This document shows positions 45,805 to 55,458 of a DNA stretch of 64,000 bases, in pieces (the stretch's first letter is position 1; every line of letters starts with the position of its first letter). The stretch is from Candidatus Micrarchaeota archaeon. GTDB taxonomy: Archaea > Micrarchaeota > Micrarchaeia > Anstonellales > Bilamarchaeaceae. Made by a program: the position numbers and the translations under genes. The stretch lies in the NCBI GenBank assembly GCA_964647855.1, contig CAZYJW010000001.1, positions 357,200-421,199 on the forward strand, written 5' to 3'. A model generated the notes under the pieces. It saw only the letters and a list, made by a program, of their open reading frames with translations, had not been told where the DNA came from and did no database searches.

Positions 45805-48800
45805 GTGAAGGAAAAGCCGAAGAAAGTCCTCGTGATAGGCTCGGGCCCGATTGTCATAGGGCAGTCCGCCGAGTTCGACTACTCCGGCGCGCAGGCCTGC
45901 AGGGCGCTGCGGGAGGAGGGGGTGGAGGTCGTCCTCGCGAACTCGAACCCCGCCACCATCCAGACCGACCGGGACACCGCGGACATCGTATACATCGAGC
46001 CGCTCACGCCCGCGGTGCTCGAGAGGATAATCGAGCGCGAGAAGCCCCAGGCCCTTATCGCCACGATGGGCGGGCAGACCGCCCTGAACCTGGCGATGGA
46101 GCTCCACCGGAGCGGCGCGCTCGCGAGGCACGGCGTCCGCTTCCTCGGCACCGGGGCGGATGCGATAGACCTCGCCGAATCCCGCGAGCGCTTCAACGCC
46201 CTGATGGGCCGGCTCGGCATGCCCATCCTTCCGGGGAGGGTCGTTTCCGAAGTCGAAAGCGGCGCCTCCGCCGCGAAAGAGATCGGATACCCGGTAATCG
46301 TCAGGCCGTCATTCACCCTCGGCGGGACCGGGGGCGGGACGGTCCACAACGAAGGCGAGCTCCGGAGCCTTCTCGAGCTCGCGCTGCGCATGAGCATGAC
46401 CGGCGAGGCGCTGATAGAGAAGAGCGCGATCGGCTGGGGCGAGTTCGAATACGAGGTCATCCGCGACTCATGCGGCAACTGCGAGATAATATGCAACATG
46501 GAGAACGTCGACCCGATGGGCGTGCACACGGGAGAGAGCATCGTCGTGGCGCCTTCGCAGACGCTCTCCGACGCAGACCACCAGATGCTGCGGGATGCGG
46601 CAATCAGGATCGCGGGCGGAATCGGAATCGAGGGCGGATGCAACGTGCAGTTCGCCCTCGACCAGGAGAGCGGGCGTTTCACGGTGATAGAGGTCAACCC
46701 CAGGCTCTCGCGCTCATCCGCGCTGGCGTCCAAGGCGACCGGCTACCCCATAGCCCGCGTCGCGACGAAGATAGCGCTCGGGCAGAGCCTCCCCGAAATC
46801 CGGAACGCGATAACCGGCACATCCGCCGCGTTCGAGCCCGCGCTGGATTACGTGGTGGTGAAGGTCCCCCGCTGGCCGTTCGACAAGTTCCCCATGACCT
46901 CGCGCATCATCGGCACGCAGATGAAGAGCACTGGCGAGGTGATGGCGATAGGCCGCACCTTCGGGGAGGCCCTCAACAAGGCGCTGCGCAGCCTCGAGGC
47001 GAAAATCCCCAGGGGCATCAACCCGGACGAGCACCTCTTCCCCCCCACCGACCTGCGCATATTCGCCCTGCTCGAGGCGTTCCGGCGGGGGCGGAGCGTC
47101 GACGAGCTCCATTCCATCACGAGAATAAACCGGTGGTTCCTGCGCAGGATGCGCGGCTTGGCGGAGCTCGAGAAGCGCATCGCCGCCGCGGGGGCGGCCC
47201 GGGGCGAAAACCCCGCGCTTCATGGGGGGCTCATGCTCGAAGCGAAGCGCTCGGGATTCTCGGACGCCCAAATCGCATCGCTCTGCGGCAGCAACGAGCT
47301 TGCCGTCCGCGCCCTGCGCAAGTCCATGGGCATCATACCTACATACAAGATAGTGGACTCCTGCGCGGGCGAGTTCGAGGCGCTGACGCCCTACTTCTAT
47401 TCCGTCTACGAGCAGGAGAACGAGGCCGCGCCGCTCGAGGGGAAGAAGGTCGTGGTCATCGGCTCCGGCCCGATAAGGATAGGGCAGGGCATCGAGTTCG
47501 ACTACTGCTGCTCGCATGCCGCCTTCGCGCTGCGGGAGCTGGGCTACCGGAGCATCATGGTGAACAACAATCCCGAGACCGTGAGCACGGACTTCGATTC
47601 CAGCGACCGCCTCTATTTCGAGCCGCTCACGTTCGAGGACGTCATGAACATCATCGACAACGAGAGGCCGGACGGCGTCATAGTCCAGCTCGGCGGGCAG
47701 ACCAGCATATCGCTCGCCGAGGCCCTCTCCAGGGCGGGCGCCCCGATACTCGGCACCGGCATAGACGGCATCGACATCGCCGAGGACCGCGAGCGCTTCC
47801 GCGCCCTAGCCTCCAGGCTCGGAATAAGGCAGCCCGAGAACGGCGTCGCGACATGCGAGCGAGAGGCCCTCGAAGCCGCGGCCCGGATAGGCTATCCGGT
47901 GGTCGTCCGCCCGAGCTACGTCATTGCAGGGCGCGCGATGGAGATTGTCCGGAGCGACGCGGAGCTTCGCCGCTACATAGAGGAGGCCGTGGATGTCAGC
48001 CAGAGCCGCCCGGTCCTCATCGACCGCTACCTCGACAACGCCATAGAGTGCGAGGTGGACGCCGTTTCGGACGGGGAGCGCGTTTTCATCGGCGGCATCA
48101 TGGAGCACATCGAGCCGGCCGGGGTGCATTCCGGCGACGCCAACATCGTGCTCCCATCGATACGGCTCTCGGACTCGGACAAGGGCACCATAGTCAGGCA
48201 CACCGAATCGCTCTGCCGGTCGCTCGGCATCGTGGGCTTCGTCAACATCCAGTTCGTCGTGAAGGGCGACGACGTCTACATACTGGAGGCCAACCCGCGC
48301 GCGAGCAGGACCGTCCCGTTCGTGAGCAAGGCGATAGGCGTCCAGCTCACAAAGCTCGCGGTCGCGGCCATGCTGGGGAGGAAGCTCCCGCACCTCCGGC
48401 CCCGCGTCAACCACTATTCGGTGAAAAGCGTGGTGTTCCCCTTCCTCAAGCTCCTCGGGACCGACATCCGGCTCGGGCCAGAGATGCGCAGCACCGGGGA
48501 GTCGATGGGCATGGGCAAGTCATTCGAGATGGCGTACTACAAGGCCCTCCTGGGGGCCGGCCTGCGCCTCGATGCCGGGGGCCGGGGGGCGGGAAACGGC
48601 GGGGGAAGGAGCGCTTTCATCAGCGTGCGGGACGAGGATAAGCCGCTTGTGCCGGCACTCGCGGAAAGCCTCCGCGGACTCGGATTCTCGATATACGGCA
48701 CCATGGGCACCGTGGGCTCGGTCGAGGGCGCGATACCGATCCCCAAAATCGGCCGGGGCCACCCCGACGTCGTCGAGCTGATAGAGTCCGGCACAATCAC

Positions 48801-48990
48801 GCTCGTCATCAACACGCCAACGAAGGGCGGCGCCGCGAGCACCGACGGCTACAGGATGCGCAGGGCGAGCATCGTGAGCGGGATACCGTGCATCACGAAC
48901 ATCGCGACGGCGCAGGAGCTCCTCAAGGCCATGCTGGAGCTGCGCGAGCGCGAGCTGGACGTCCGGCGCTCGGACGAATACACCCAGTGA
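45805..48990 (+). CDS. carB: Carbamoyl-phosphate synthase large subunit
   Basis: Duplicated ATP-grasp modules (KVLVIGSGPIVIGQSAEFDYSG... and KVVVIGSGPIRIGQGIEFDYCC...), an oligomerisation domain and a C-terminal MGS-like domain. Probable GTG start at 45805, preceded by GGAG; alternative ATG at 45736. The 1215-aa ORF-track entry is an out-of-frame upstream extension. Confidence 0.9.
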   Translation: MKEKPKKVLVIGSGPIVIGQSAEFDYSGAQACRALREEGVEVVLANSNPATIQTDRDTADIVYIEPLTPAVLERIIEREKPQALIATMGGQTALNLAMELHRSGALARHGVRFLGTGADAIDLAESRERFNALMGRLGMPILPGRVVSEVESGASAAKEIGYPVIVRPSFTLGGTGGGTVHNEGELRSLLELALRMSMTGEALIEKSAIGWGEFEYEVIRDSCGNCEIICNMENVDPMGVHTGESIVVAPSQTLSDADHQMLRDAAIRIAGGIGIEGGCNVQFALDQESGRFTVIEVNPRLSRSSALASKATGYPIARVATKIALGQSLPEIRNAITGTSAAFEPALDYVVVKVPRWPFDKFPMTSRIIGTQMKSTGEVMAIGRTFGEALNKALRSLEAKIPRGINPDEHLFPPTDLRIFALLEAFRRGRSVDELHSITRINRWFLRRMRGLAELEKRIAAAGAARGENPALHGGLMLEAKRSGFSDAQIASLCGSNELAVRALRKSMGIIPTYKIVDSCAGEFEALTPYFYSVYEQENEAAPLEGKKVVVIGSGPIRIGQGIEFDYCCSHAAFALRELGYRSIMVNNNPETVSTDFDSSDRLYFEPLTFEDVMNIIDNERPDGVIVQLGGQTSISLAEALSRAGAPILGTGIDGIDIAEDRERFRALASRLGIRQPENGVATCEREALEAAARIGYPVVVRPSYVIAGRAMEIVRSDAELRRYIEEAVDVSQSRPVLIDRYLDNAIECEVDAVSDGERVFIGGIMEHIEPAGVHSGDANIVLPSIRLSDSDKGTIVRHTESLCRSLGIVGFVNIQFVVKGDDVYILEANPRASRTVPFVSKAIGVQLTKLAVAAMLGRKLPHLRPRVNHYSVKSVVFPFLKLLGTDIRLGPEMRSTGESMGMGKSFEMAYYKALLGAGLRLDAGGRGAGNGGGRSAFISVRDEDKPLVPALAESLRGLGFSIYGTMGTVGSVEGAIPIPKIGRGHPDVVELIESGTITLVINTPTKGGAASTDGYRMRRASIVSGIPCITNIATAQELLKAMLELRERELDVRRSDEYTQ

Positions 48991-49052
48991 TGAAGCCTCC
49001 AGTCCCCCTGCCGAATGGGCGATTATAAAAGCACTGCACCCGAATTCCACCC

Positions 49053-49685
49053 ATGACACGGATTTTCAGTGCGGCATTCGCACTTTTTGCGGTTTCCCTG
49101 CTTCTATTCGGATGCACGGGAACGGAATCGGCTGCCGGGGGCGAAGGGGCGCAGGAGTCCGGCGCATCCCAGCAGGAGGCATCCGGAGCGGGCGCGGGCC
49201 AGGCGGCCGGGGAAGGGAACGCTTCGCAGGACGCCGGCGACGGGGCGGCCGCGGATGGCGGCGCCGGACAAGCCTCCGGCGAGGAAGATGAGGCCCAAGC
49301 CTGCACAGGGACCTCATTCTATACCGTCAACGGAGTGACCAAGGCGTGCGTGGACGGCAGGATGATTGGAACCTGCGGCACCGAGGGCGAGGTATACAAA
49401 TATTCCAAGTTCCTCCAGAGCAAGGTCGTCTGCGAGGGTGGCCTCTGGGTCGAGAAGGACCTCGAGCCCGGCGACCCCGAATACGAGGAGCCGGGCGCAG
49501 ATGCGGAATATGAGGGTTGCACGGGCAAATCCTCATCGACCATCGGCGATGTGACGCAGGTCTGCATCAACGGCTCGTGGGAAACGGACTGCGATACTGA
49601 AGGCGAGGTGTATTCGGAGTCCGAATTCCTCAAGAAAAAGGTCGTCTGCGAGAACGGCAAGTGGGTTTCGAAGCCACTAGAATGA
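49053..49685 (+). CDS. Lipoprotein with two tandem ~55-aa four-cysteine repeats
   Basis: Signal plus LLFGC lipobox, G/A/S/Q/E/D-rich linker, then repeats CTGTSFYTVNGVTKACVDGRMIGTCGTEGEVYKYSKFLQSKVVCEGGLWVEK and CTGKSSSTIGDVTQVCINGSWETDCDTEGEVYSESEFLKKKVVCENGKWVSK. TATA-like gattataaaag lies upstream. Confidence 0.55.
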   Translation: MTRIFSAAFALFAVSLLLFGCTGTESAAGGEGAQESGASQQEASGAGAGQAAGEGNASQDAGDGAAADGGAGQASGEEDEAQACTGTSFYTVNGVTKACVDGRMIGTCGTEGEVYKYSKFLQSKVVCEGGLWVEKDLEPGDPEYEEPGADAEYEGCTGKSSSTIGDVTQVCINGSWETDCDTEGEVYSESEFLKKKVVCENGKWVSKPLE

Positions 49686-49742
49686 AGGCCGGGCTCCTAA
49701 AGCATTCGCCCGCCTTTTCACCCTCTTTTTCTTCCTTCTTTC

Positions 49743-50900
49743 TTACAAACGGATGCCAAAAAGCAGCATCAGCGTCGGCACTATGAGCGCGCCCATCAGG
49801 TTCGTCCTCTCGCTGCCAAGCCGCAGGTTCAGCAGGCCGAGCGCCGCCGAGGCGGCGAGCACCGCGATTCCGGCCGGCCCGTCGATTGCGAGCGCCATGA
49901 GCGCGATGTATGCGGCAAGGACCGCCCGCAGGGGCCCCCCGTTTATCGCCGCGAAGGCGGATATCCTTGAGCGCAGCGCGTATATGAGCGCCGCGGCGCA
50001 GGCGGCCGACGCGAGGAACAGGGCCGCGAGCACCGGGAGCATGGCGCCCACGTCGGCCTGATCCATCACGACCGCCGTGGCGCCGACCCTGCTCTTCCCT
50101 ATCGCGGCAGCGCCGGCGAAGGAGGAGAGCGCCTGGCTCATGGAAACCGAGCTTATCAGGGCGAGATAGCGGTGGCTGTCCATCGGAAGGACAATCGTCG
50201 CGAATGCCGCGGCCTGGGCGGGCGAGCCGGCGGCGGGTATCAGGCCCGAGGCTATTCCCAGCAGCACCCCCGCCGCGACCGCGGGCGCTATGCCCCTCTC
50301 TGGCGGGAGGTCCTTCTGCGCCGGCACGGCCCCCCCGCCGGCCCCGAGCAGCTGGGCCATCGCGAACATCCCTGAAAAAAGCGGCAGGAATGGGTCCGCC
50401 AGGTCGAGCCGGAAGGTCGCCGCGCCGAGGGCGCCCGAGGCCAGGAGGATGAGGGCGGCGCGCGGCGCATCACGGGAGCGAAGGAGCAGGCCCGCAGTAA
50501 TCGCGAGAAGAACGATGCCCATGTGCGGCCGGAGGGCCGGATAGGCGGCTTCGTAGAACCCGCAGGAGGCCGGAAGCAGCGCGGCCGCCGCCAGCGTGGC
50601 GAGCACGCACGAGAGAAGGACGGTCTTGAGTGCCTTGAGGCCCTCTCCGCGGACGACCATGCGCTGGCCGGGAAGGGCGCAGAGCAAGGTAGCGCCCTCA
50701 GGGATGCCGAAGAAAATCGACGGGACGAAGGACGAGACGAGGTGCGCCGGGAACAGCGCGCCTATCATGAGTGCGAAGCCCCTGCCCGAAAGCCCCATCG
50801 ACGCGAGGATTGAGATTATCGTGTTGGAGTGCAGGCCCGGAAGCATGCCTCCGAAAAACCCGAGCGCGAAACCGATCAGCAGTGCAGGCGCGTCCTCCAT
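49743..50900 (-). CDS. TctA-family / DUF112 membrane transporter-like protein
   Basis: ~385 aa, highly hydrophobic with Gly-rich TM helices, resembling tripartite tricarboxylate transporter TctA. Start MEDAPALL. Confidence 0.5.
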   Translation of the reverse strand: MEDAPALLIGFALGFFGGMLPGLHSNTIISILASMGLSGRGFALMIGALFPAHLVSSFVPSIFFGIPEGATLLCALPGQRMVVRGEGLKALKTVLLSCVLATLAAAALLPASCGFYEAAYPALRPHMGIVLLAITAGLLLRSRDAPRAALILLASGALGAATFRLDLADPFLPLFSGMFAMAQLLGAGGGAVPAQKDLPPERGIAPAVAAGVLLGIASGLIPAAGSPAQAAAFATIVLPMDSHRYLALISSVSMSQALSSFAGAAAIGKSRVGATAVVMDQADVGAMLPVLAALFLASAACAAALIYALRSRISAFAAINGGPLRAVLAAYIALMALAIDGPAGIAVLAASAALGLLNLRLGSERTNLMGALIVPTLMLLFGIRL

Positions 50901-50993
50901 CCGTCCCCCCGCAGGGAGAGCCGCCGCTAGGTAGTTATTCCTTCCATGGGCCCGGCTGTGGAAACACACAAGTGGAGGCCGGGGGGTGCGCGC

Positions 50994-52301
50994 TCAGCCT
51001 ATCGCGACATTCCTGATGCGTATGTGCGGCCCGCCGTCGCTCACCGGGACGCTCTGGGAGGATTTCCCGCAGATTCCCGGGCTCGCCCCGAAATCGTCCC
51101 CGACGCATTCCACATCCAGCATCGTCCTGAGGATGTTCCCGGTTATTGTGACGTCGCGCATCAGCGCCCCCTTCTCGCCGTTTTGGATGCCGTAGGCCTC
51201 CTCGGCCTTGAACATGAAGCCGCCCGAGAATATGTCCACGCTCCCGCCCTTCATGCCCTTGAGGTAAATCCCGGAGCGGATGCCGAAGACCTCCTCCACG
51301 CTGCTCCTCCCCCTCTGGAAATACGTGTTGCTCATCCTTACGACCGGAACCTCGCCGTAGTCCTCAGCCCTCGCATGCCCGTTCCTCGGATGCCCGAGCG
51401 CCTCGGCGGTCTCCCTGGAGTTGATGAACCCGCGGAGCACCCCGCCTTCCACGAGCGTGGCGGCCTTCGCCTCGACGCCCTCGTCGTCGAAATGATACCT
51501 GCCGAAATCATCCGCGAGGGGGTCGTCCACAATCGTCACGAGCCCGTTCCCTATCCGCTCCCCCACCCTCCCCTTCAGGATGGACTCCCCGTCAACCACC
51601 GAGTCCGCCTCGCAGGCATGGCCTACGGCCTCGTGCGACAGCACGCCGGTCATCTCGGGGTCGAGAACCGCGGTCAGCCTGCCCTTCGGAGGCGGCTTCG
51701 CCCCGAGAAGCCTTACCGCCTTGTCCCTTGCGGACTCGGCGGTCTCATGCAGCCTCAGGGCGCCGAATCCGCTGCGGGAGGCCGAGCGCGACGAGCCCCT
51801 CTGTATCGAGAGCCCGTCCTTGGCCACGCAGACGCACGAAAGGTAGCTGTACCCGGTTTCCTGCACTATGTGCGAGCCCTCCGAATTCCAGTACTCCTTC
51901 ACCGAGGCGGAATCGGTACATGAAATAATCCTCGAGGAAACCCCATTCCCTTCCATGCCCTTCGCCGCATCCTTGAGCATTTCGAGCTGGACCGAGGGGT
52001 CGCACGGCTCTACCGGGTCCTTCCTCCTTGCGCTGGTTGGCCGCGCATCCCCCACGGAAATGCCGCCCTGCTTGAGGCCAGCCAGTTTCCCGGCCTTCCT
52101 CAGCAGCTCCCCGATGTCGCCGGTGCCGCTACAGGAAGCGAAGCCCCACGCGCCCTTGCTCAGCACGCGCACGCTCATACCCGCGCTTGTGCCTGAGGAC
52201 TGCTTCGCCTCGCCGTCCTTGATGCTTGTGCTGGAATCCGAGGATTTCTCTATCCGCAGCTCAGCGAAATCGTATCCGGAGAGCAGGCTGAAATAGTCCA
52301 T
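50994..52301 (-). CDS. tldD: TldD/PmbA family metalloprotease
   Basis: HEAVGHACE (HExxxH) metal-binding motif and the C-terminal Gly-rich region (GGSVDIFSGGF) of TldD/PmbA. No paired PmbA/TldE gene adjacent. Confidence 0.75.
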   Translation of the reverse strand: MDYFSLLSGYDFAELRIEKSSDSSTSIKDGEAKQSSGTSAGMSVRVLSKGAWGFASCSGTGDIGELLRKAGKLAGLKQGGISVGDARPTSARRKDPVEPCDPSVQLEMLKDAAKGMEGNGVSSRIISCTDSASVKEYWNSEGSHIVQETGYSYLSCVCVAKDGLSIQRGSSRSASRSGFGALRLHETAESARDKAVRLLGAKPPPKGRLTAVLDPEMTGVLSHEAVGHACEADSVVDGESILKGRVGERIGNGLVTIVDDPLADDFGRYHFDDEGVEAKAATLVEGGVLRGFINSRETAEALGHPRNGHARAEDYGEVPVVRMSNTYFQRGRSSVEEVFGIRSGIYLKGMKGGSVDIFSGGFMFKAEEAYGIQNGEKGALMRDVTITGNILRTMLDVECVGDDFGASPGICGKSSQSVPVSDGGPHIRIRNVAIG

Positions 52302-52325
52302 CGCCGCCCACCCCCCGCGCAATCC

Positions 52326-52658
52326 TCAGGCCAGGAACGCCTTCGCCTTCTGGGCGTATTCCTGGACGGCCTTCTTCTCCTCGCGGTCCTTTATCATGCC
52401 GCAGAAGATATGGCTTCCGAGCGGCACCATCACAAGGATGAGTCCGTCGAACGAGACCTCGACCTCCTTCTGCCGGTCGTCCATCCTCCTCATCATCGCG
52501 TCGGAGACGTTGGACACCGCGGCCAGCATGCCGGCAGAGAGGTCGTTCATCGCTATCGTCGACGCCACCGGGACGCCGTCCACCTTGACGATTGCGCCCC
52601 CGATGCCCTTCTCCTTCATCTCGTTCAGAATCGCCTCGAGTTCCCCTGCCATAATCAT
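52326..52658 (-). CDS. Roadblock/LC7 (MglB-like) domain protein
   Basis: ~110 aa; ELEAILNEMKEKGIGGAIVKVDGVPVASTIAMN...ILVMVPLGSHIFCGMI fits the roadblock/LC7 alpha-beta-alpha fold pattern. Confidence 0.55.
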   Translation of the reverse strand: MIMAGELEAILNEMKEKGIGGAIVKVDGVPVASTIAMNDLSAGMLAAVSNVSDAMMRRMDDRQKEVEVSFDGLILVMVPLGSHIFCGMIKDREEKKAVQEYAQKAKAFLA

Positions 52659-52692
52659 CCGCCTCCGGCATCCGGTTTCCAGCACCGGCATG

Positions 52693-53403
52693 TCACACTA
52701 TGTTTATCCCGCTGGGGCCCACCTTCACCGGTATCGGCATGTCCAGTTCGGGCACGCTGAGCGCGAACTTGCCCCCCCGATCCGCAATGGTGAAAACCTC
52801 GTCCATGCCGTGCTCGATGAGGCTGAGCGCCTGCTTGTCGTGCACGCCGTCGTCCACGAGGTATATCGCCGTCGCGCCCACGCTTTTTAGCCTGCCCTCG
52901 ACAACGCTCAGGAACTTCCGGATGGAATCCTGCGGGTTGTAGAGCACGAACGTCGAGAGCGTGTCGAAGACGATGCGCATCTTTTTCCCCGAGCTTTCGG
53001 CTATCGCCTCGTTGAGCATGAGCGAGATGTCGTTGAGGGCGCCCGGCCCCATCACTATCTTGATTTTCGGGTCCGCGCCCCCCTGCGGCTTTCCGAGGGT
53101 GGCGCTGTAGCAGTCTATGAACCTGATGTTGGGCCGATTCAGGTTGACGCCCATGGTCGACGCCTTGTTCACTATGTCCGCCGGGGACGAGTTGCCGCAG
53201 ACGACATACGCGTTCTCCTCCGCCCCGGCGGCGGCGATGAAATGGTAGGCGAAGGCCGACTTCTCTATGCCGCTTGGCCCTATCATCACGATGTTGCCGG
53301 GGTTGAAATACCCGCCTTCGAGGATTATGTCAAGGTCCGGGATGCCGCTCGAGAGCCTGTTGGCCTTCAGTATGGGCATCTCTTCGTTCACGCCGCTCGC
53401 CAT
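52693..53403 (-). CDS. KaiC-like single-domain RecA-superfamily ATPase
   Basis: SGIPDLDIILEGGYFNPGNIVMIGPSGIEKS (KaiC/RadA-type Walker A region) and Walker B IVFDTLS; 236 aa. Confidence 0.6.
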   Translation of the reverse strand: MASGVNEEMPILKANRLSSGIPDLDIILEGGYFNPGNIVMIGPSGIEKSAFAYHFIAAAGAEENAYVVCGNSSPADIVNKASTMGVNLNRPNIRFIDCYSATLGKPQGGADPKIKIVMGPGALNDISLMLNEAIAESSGKKMRIVFDTLSTFVLYNPQDSIRKFLSVVEGRLKSVGATAIYLVDDGVHDKQALSLIEHGMDEVFTIADRGGKFALSVPELDMPIPVKVGPSGINIV

Positions 53404-53487
53404 GGCTGCTCATTCGGTTAGAAGATTTTTAAAGATAGGAGTAGGCGAAAATGAAAAATATTATGAAAAAAGGAAAAATTGCCCCGT

Positions 53488-53883
53488 TCAACCTGCGCCT
53501 GAAACGGTGACTACGCAGACGTCTCCGCTGCCCTCGCTGCCCATGAGCGCGTTGATGATGGGCGGCATGATGATGTATATCACGATGCCGATGACGGCTC
53601 CCGTGAGCATGGCGGTCGCCCACACGGCGGCTCTCGCCCTCGTTTCCGCACCGAGCACCTGCCCGACCGCATAGGTCGCGCCAGCCAGCACGACCAGGAT
53701 CATCGCGGTCGCGCCGAGGAACGTCCTCGCGTTGTTGCAGAGGATGTTGAGGGCGGATGCGAGGTTCGCAGCCGTCGGGTCGGCGGTCGCCGCAAGAAGC
53801 GAGACCAGGTTGAGCACCAGTACGGTCAATATCAGGAACTTGCCGAAAGAGTTCACTTTATCCATGTAGCCGATTATGTTCAT
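53488..53883 (-). CDS. Small membrane protein (two hydrophobic segments), hypothetical
   Basis: 131 aa; an N-terminal TM, then a second long hydrophobic stretch. AT-rich promoter-like sequences on both sides. Confidence 0.4.
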   Translation of the reverse strand: MNIIGYMDKVNSFGKFLILTVLVLNLVSLLAATADPTAANLASALNILCNNARTFLGATAMILVVLAGATYAVGQVLGAETRARAAVWATAMLTGAVIGIVIYIIMPPIINALMGSEGSGDVCVVTVSGAG

Positions 53884-53959
53884 CTGTTCACCTTTGGAGC
53901 TTATACTGGACCTTAATCTTTAAAAGGCTATTTGGGCGAGTTATCGAAGAGGAGAGGGC

Positions 53960-55435
53960 ATGGGGAGCCAGTTTTCGCTGCCGGCATCGGACCGCACGCT
54001 AATCGCCGCCCTGCTCCTGCTTTTCCTGCTCACGCGCCTGCCGCTCCTCGCCTATCTCCCCTTCGTGAAGGACGAGGGGCTCTATGCGGTGATGATAGAG
54101 GAGCAGAGGGCCTCCCCGACCTTCGTCCCGACATTCCTGGGCGAGCCGGTGAACTGGAAGCCGCCGGTGTTCTTCTGGGCGTATTCGCTATTCCCGCAAA
54201 TCCCCCTCCTCCCGATGGAGGCTTCCTACAGGCTGCCTTCGATGCTGTTCGGCCTTCTTGCCGTCCCGATTGTCTTCGACATCCTGAGGAACACCGGGGC
54301 GGGAAGGAACGTGGCGTTCTTCTCGACGCTGATATTCATAGCGTCCATGCCCTCCATGTATCCGAACGCAGCCCTGCTAATCGATTCCCTGCTCTTCCTC
54401 CTGCTTTGCGCCGCGCTCTGGCTCTACATCGTGCCGAAATGCGGCGGGTGGCGGTTCATCGCCGCGGGCACGCTGGTGTTCGCAGCATTCTTCGTCAAGC
54501 TCATCCTCGCTGCGCTCCCGCCGCTCCTCGCGGCTGCGTTCTTCGCCCTAAATGACAGGCGGCAGCTGCGGAACCCCCTCTTCCTCCTCTCGCTCGCCGC
54601 GCTGCCTGCCGCGTTCCTGCTCAACTCAGCCATCCTCCAGTCCTGCGGCTTCGCGGGCGGGCTCTCGGACAGCGCAATAGGCGAGCACAATGCCTTCCAC
54701 AGCCTCTCGACCCAGCTCCAGTACCTGATGGGCTCCCTCAACCTCTTCCTGATAGGCGCGGGGGTGTGGTTCGGCCTGTCCCTGTTCGGCTTCGCGAGGC
54801 ACTGGCGGGCGCACCCCTTCATGGCATTCTGGTATTCGCTGACCGCCTTCCCCCTCATTGCGGGGAACTTCATGATTTGGTACTACCTCCCGGTGATGCC
54901 GGCAATCGCGTTCTTCGCCGCGATGGTGCTGATACGGTGGGGCGGGCAGGACAACATGGACCTCTTCTTCCGCATCTTCTTCGCGATGGCGCTAATCGCC
55001 TCGCTGGGGATGATAGCGTTCGTCTACGCCAACCTGCACGAATGGTACCTGCCGGAGAAGGCAGCCGGGCAGTTCCTCTCCGGAAAGGACGGGGTCATGA
55101 TGCTTGGGGGCTTTGCGCCGAGCACGGTGGCTTACAAGGCGCTGGGCGAGATGGATGGCGGGGGGCGGGCGCTGGATTTCGGATGGATTGTCCTAAACGA
55201 CCTCGACACCGTCCCGCAGGCCATGGAGGCGTATCTCGTTGACTACCACTCGGCTGAATTCGACACGGAATCCTCGCCGAGCAGGATGTTCAACACGCCG
55301 CTGATTTTCCGGAAGCAGACCAACCTCACATCCTTCGAAAGGATCGTGCTCGTGCGAGTCATCCCGAAGGAGCTGCCGCCCGGGACGCCGGCCTTCAACG
55401 AGTCCGACATCCTTATCTATGGCAATGGCGGCTGA
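53960..55435 (+). CDS. GT-C fold glycosyltransferase (ArnT/PMT-like, GT39/GT83-type)
   Basis: ~12 TM helices; first-loop VKDEGLYAVM resembles the DE(x)RYA catalytic motif of ArnT/PMT. No WWDYG AglB motif. Confidence 0.55.
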   Translation: MGSQFSLPASDRTLIAALLLLFLLTRLPLLAYLPFVKDEGLYAVMIEEQRASPTFVPTFLGEPVNWKPPVFFWAYSLFPQIPLLPMEASYRLPSMLFGLLAVPIVFDILRNTGAGRNVAFFSTLIFIASMPSMYPNAALLIDSLLFLLLCAALWLYIVPKCGGWRFIAAGTLVFAAFFVKLILAALPPLLAAAFFALNDRRQLRNPLFLLSLAALPAAFLLNSAILQSCGFAGGLSDSAIGEHNAFHSLSTQLQYLMGSLNLFLIGAGVWFGLSLFGFARHWRAHPFMAFWYSLTAFPLIAGNFMIWYYLPVMPAIAFFAAMVLIRWGGQDNMDLFFRIFFAMALIASLGMIAFVYANLHEWYLPEKAAGQFLSGKDGVMMLGGFAPSTVAYKALGEMDGGGRALDFGWIVLNDLDTVPQAMEAYLVDYHSAEFDTESSPSRMFNTPLIFRKQTNLTSFERIVLVRVIPKELPPGTPAFNESDILIYGNGG

Positions 55436-55458
55436 AATATTTCAATCGGCCCGCAGTT

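Noticed and set aside
46470-48641. 723-aa + ORF (and 46714..47517 -, 47806..48414 -) within carB.
   Set aside because: Out-of-frame or antisense R/G/H/P-rich reads of carB.
50204-50544. Several short + strand ORFs (P/R/A-rich) within 49743..50969.
   Set aside because: Antisense to the TctA-like membrane protein gene; proline/arginine-rich composition characteristic of GC-rich antisense frames.
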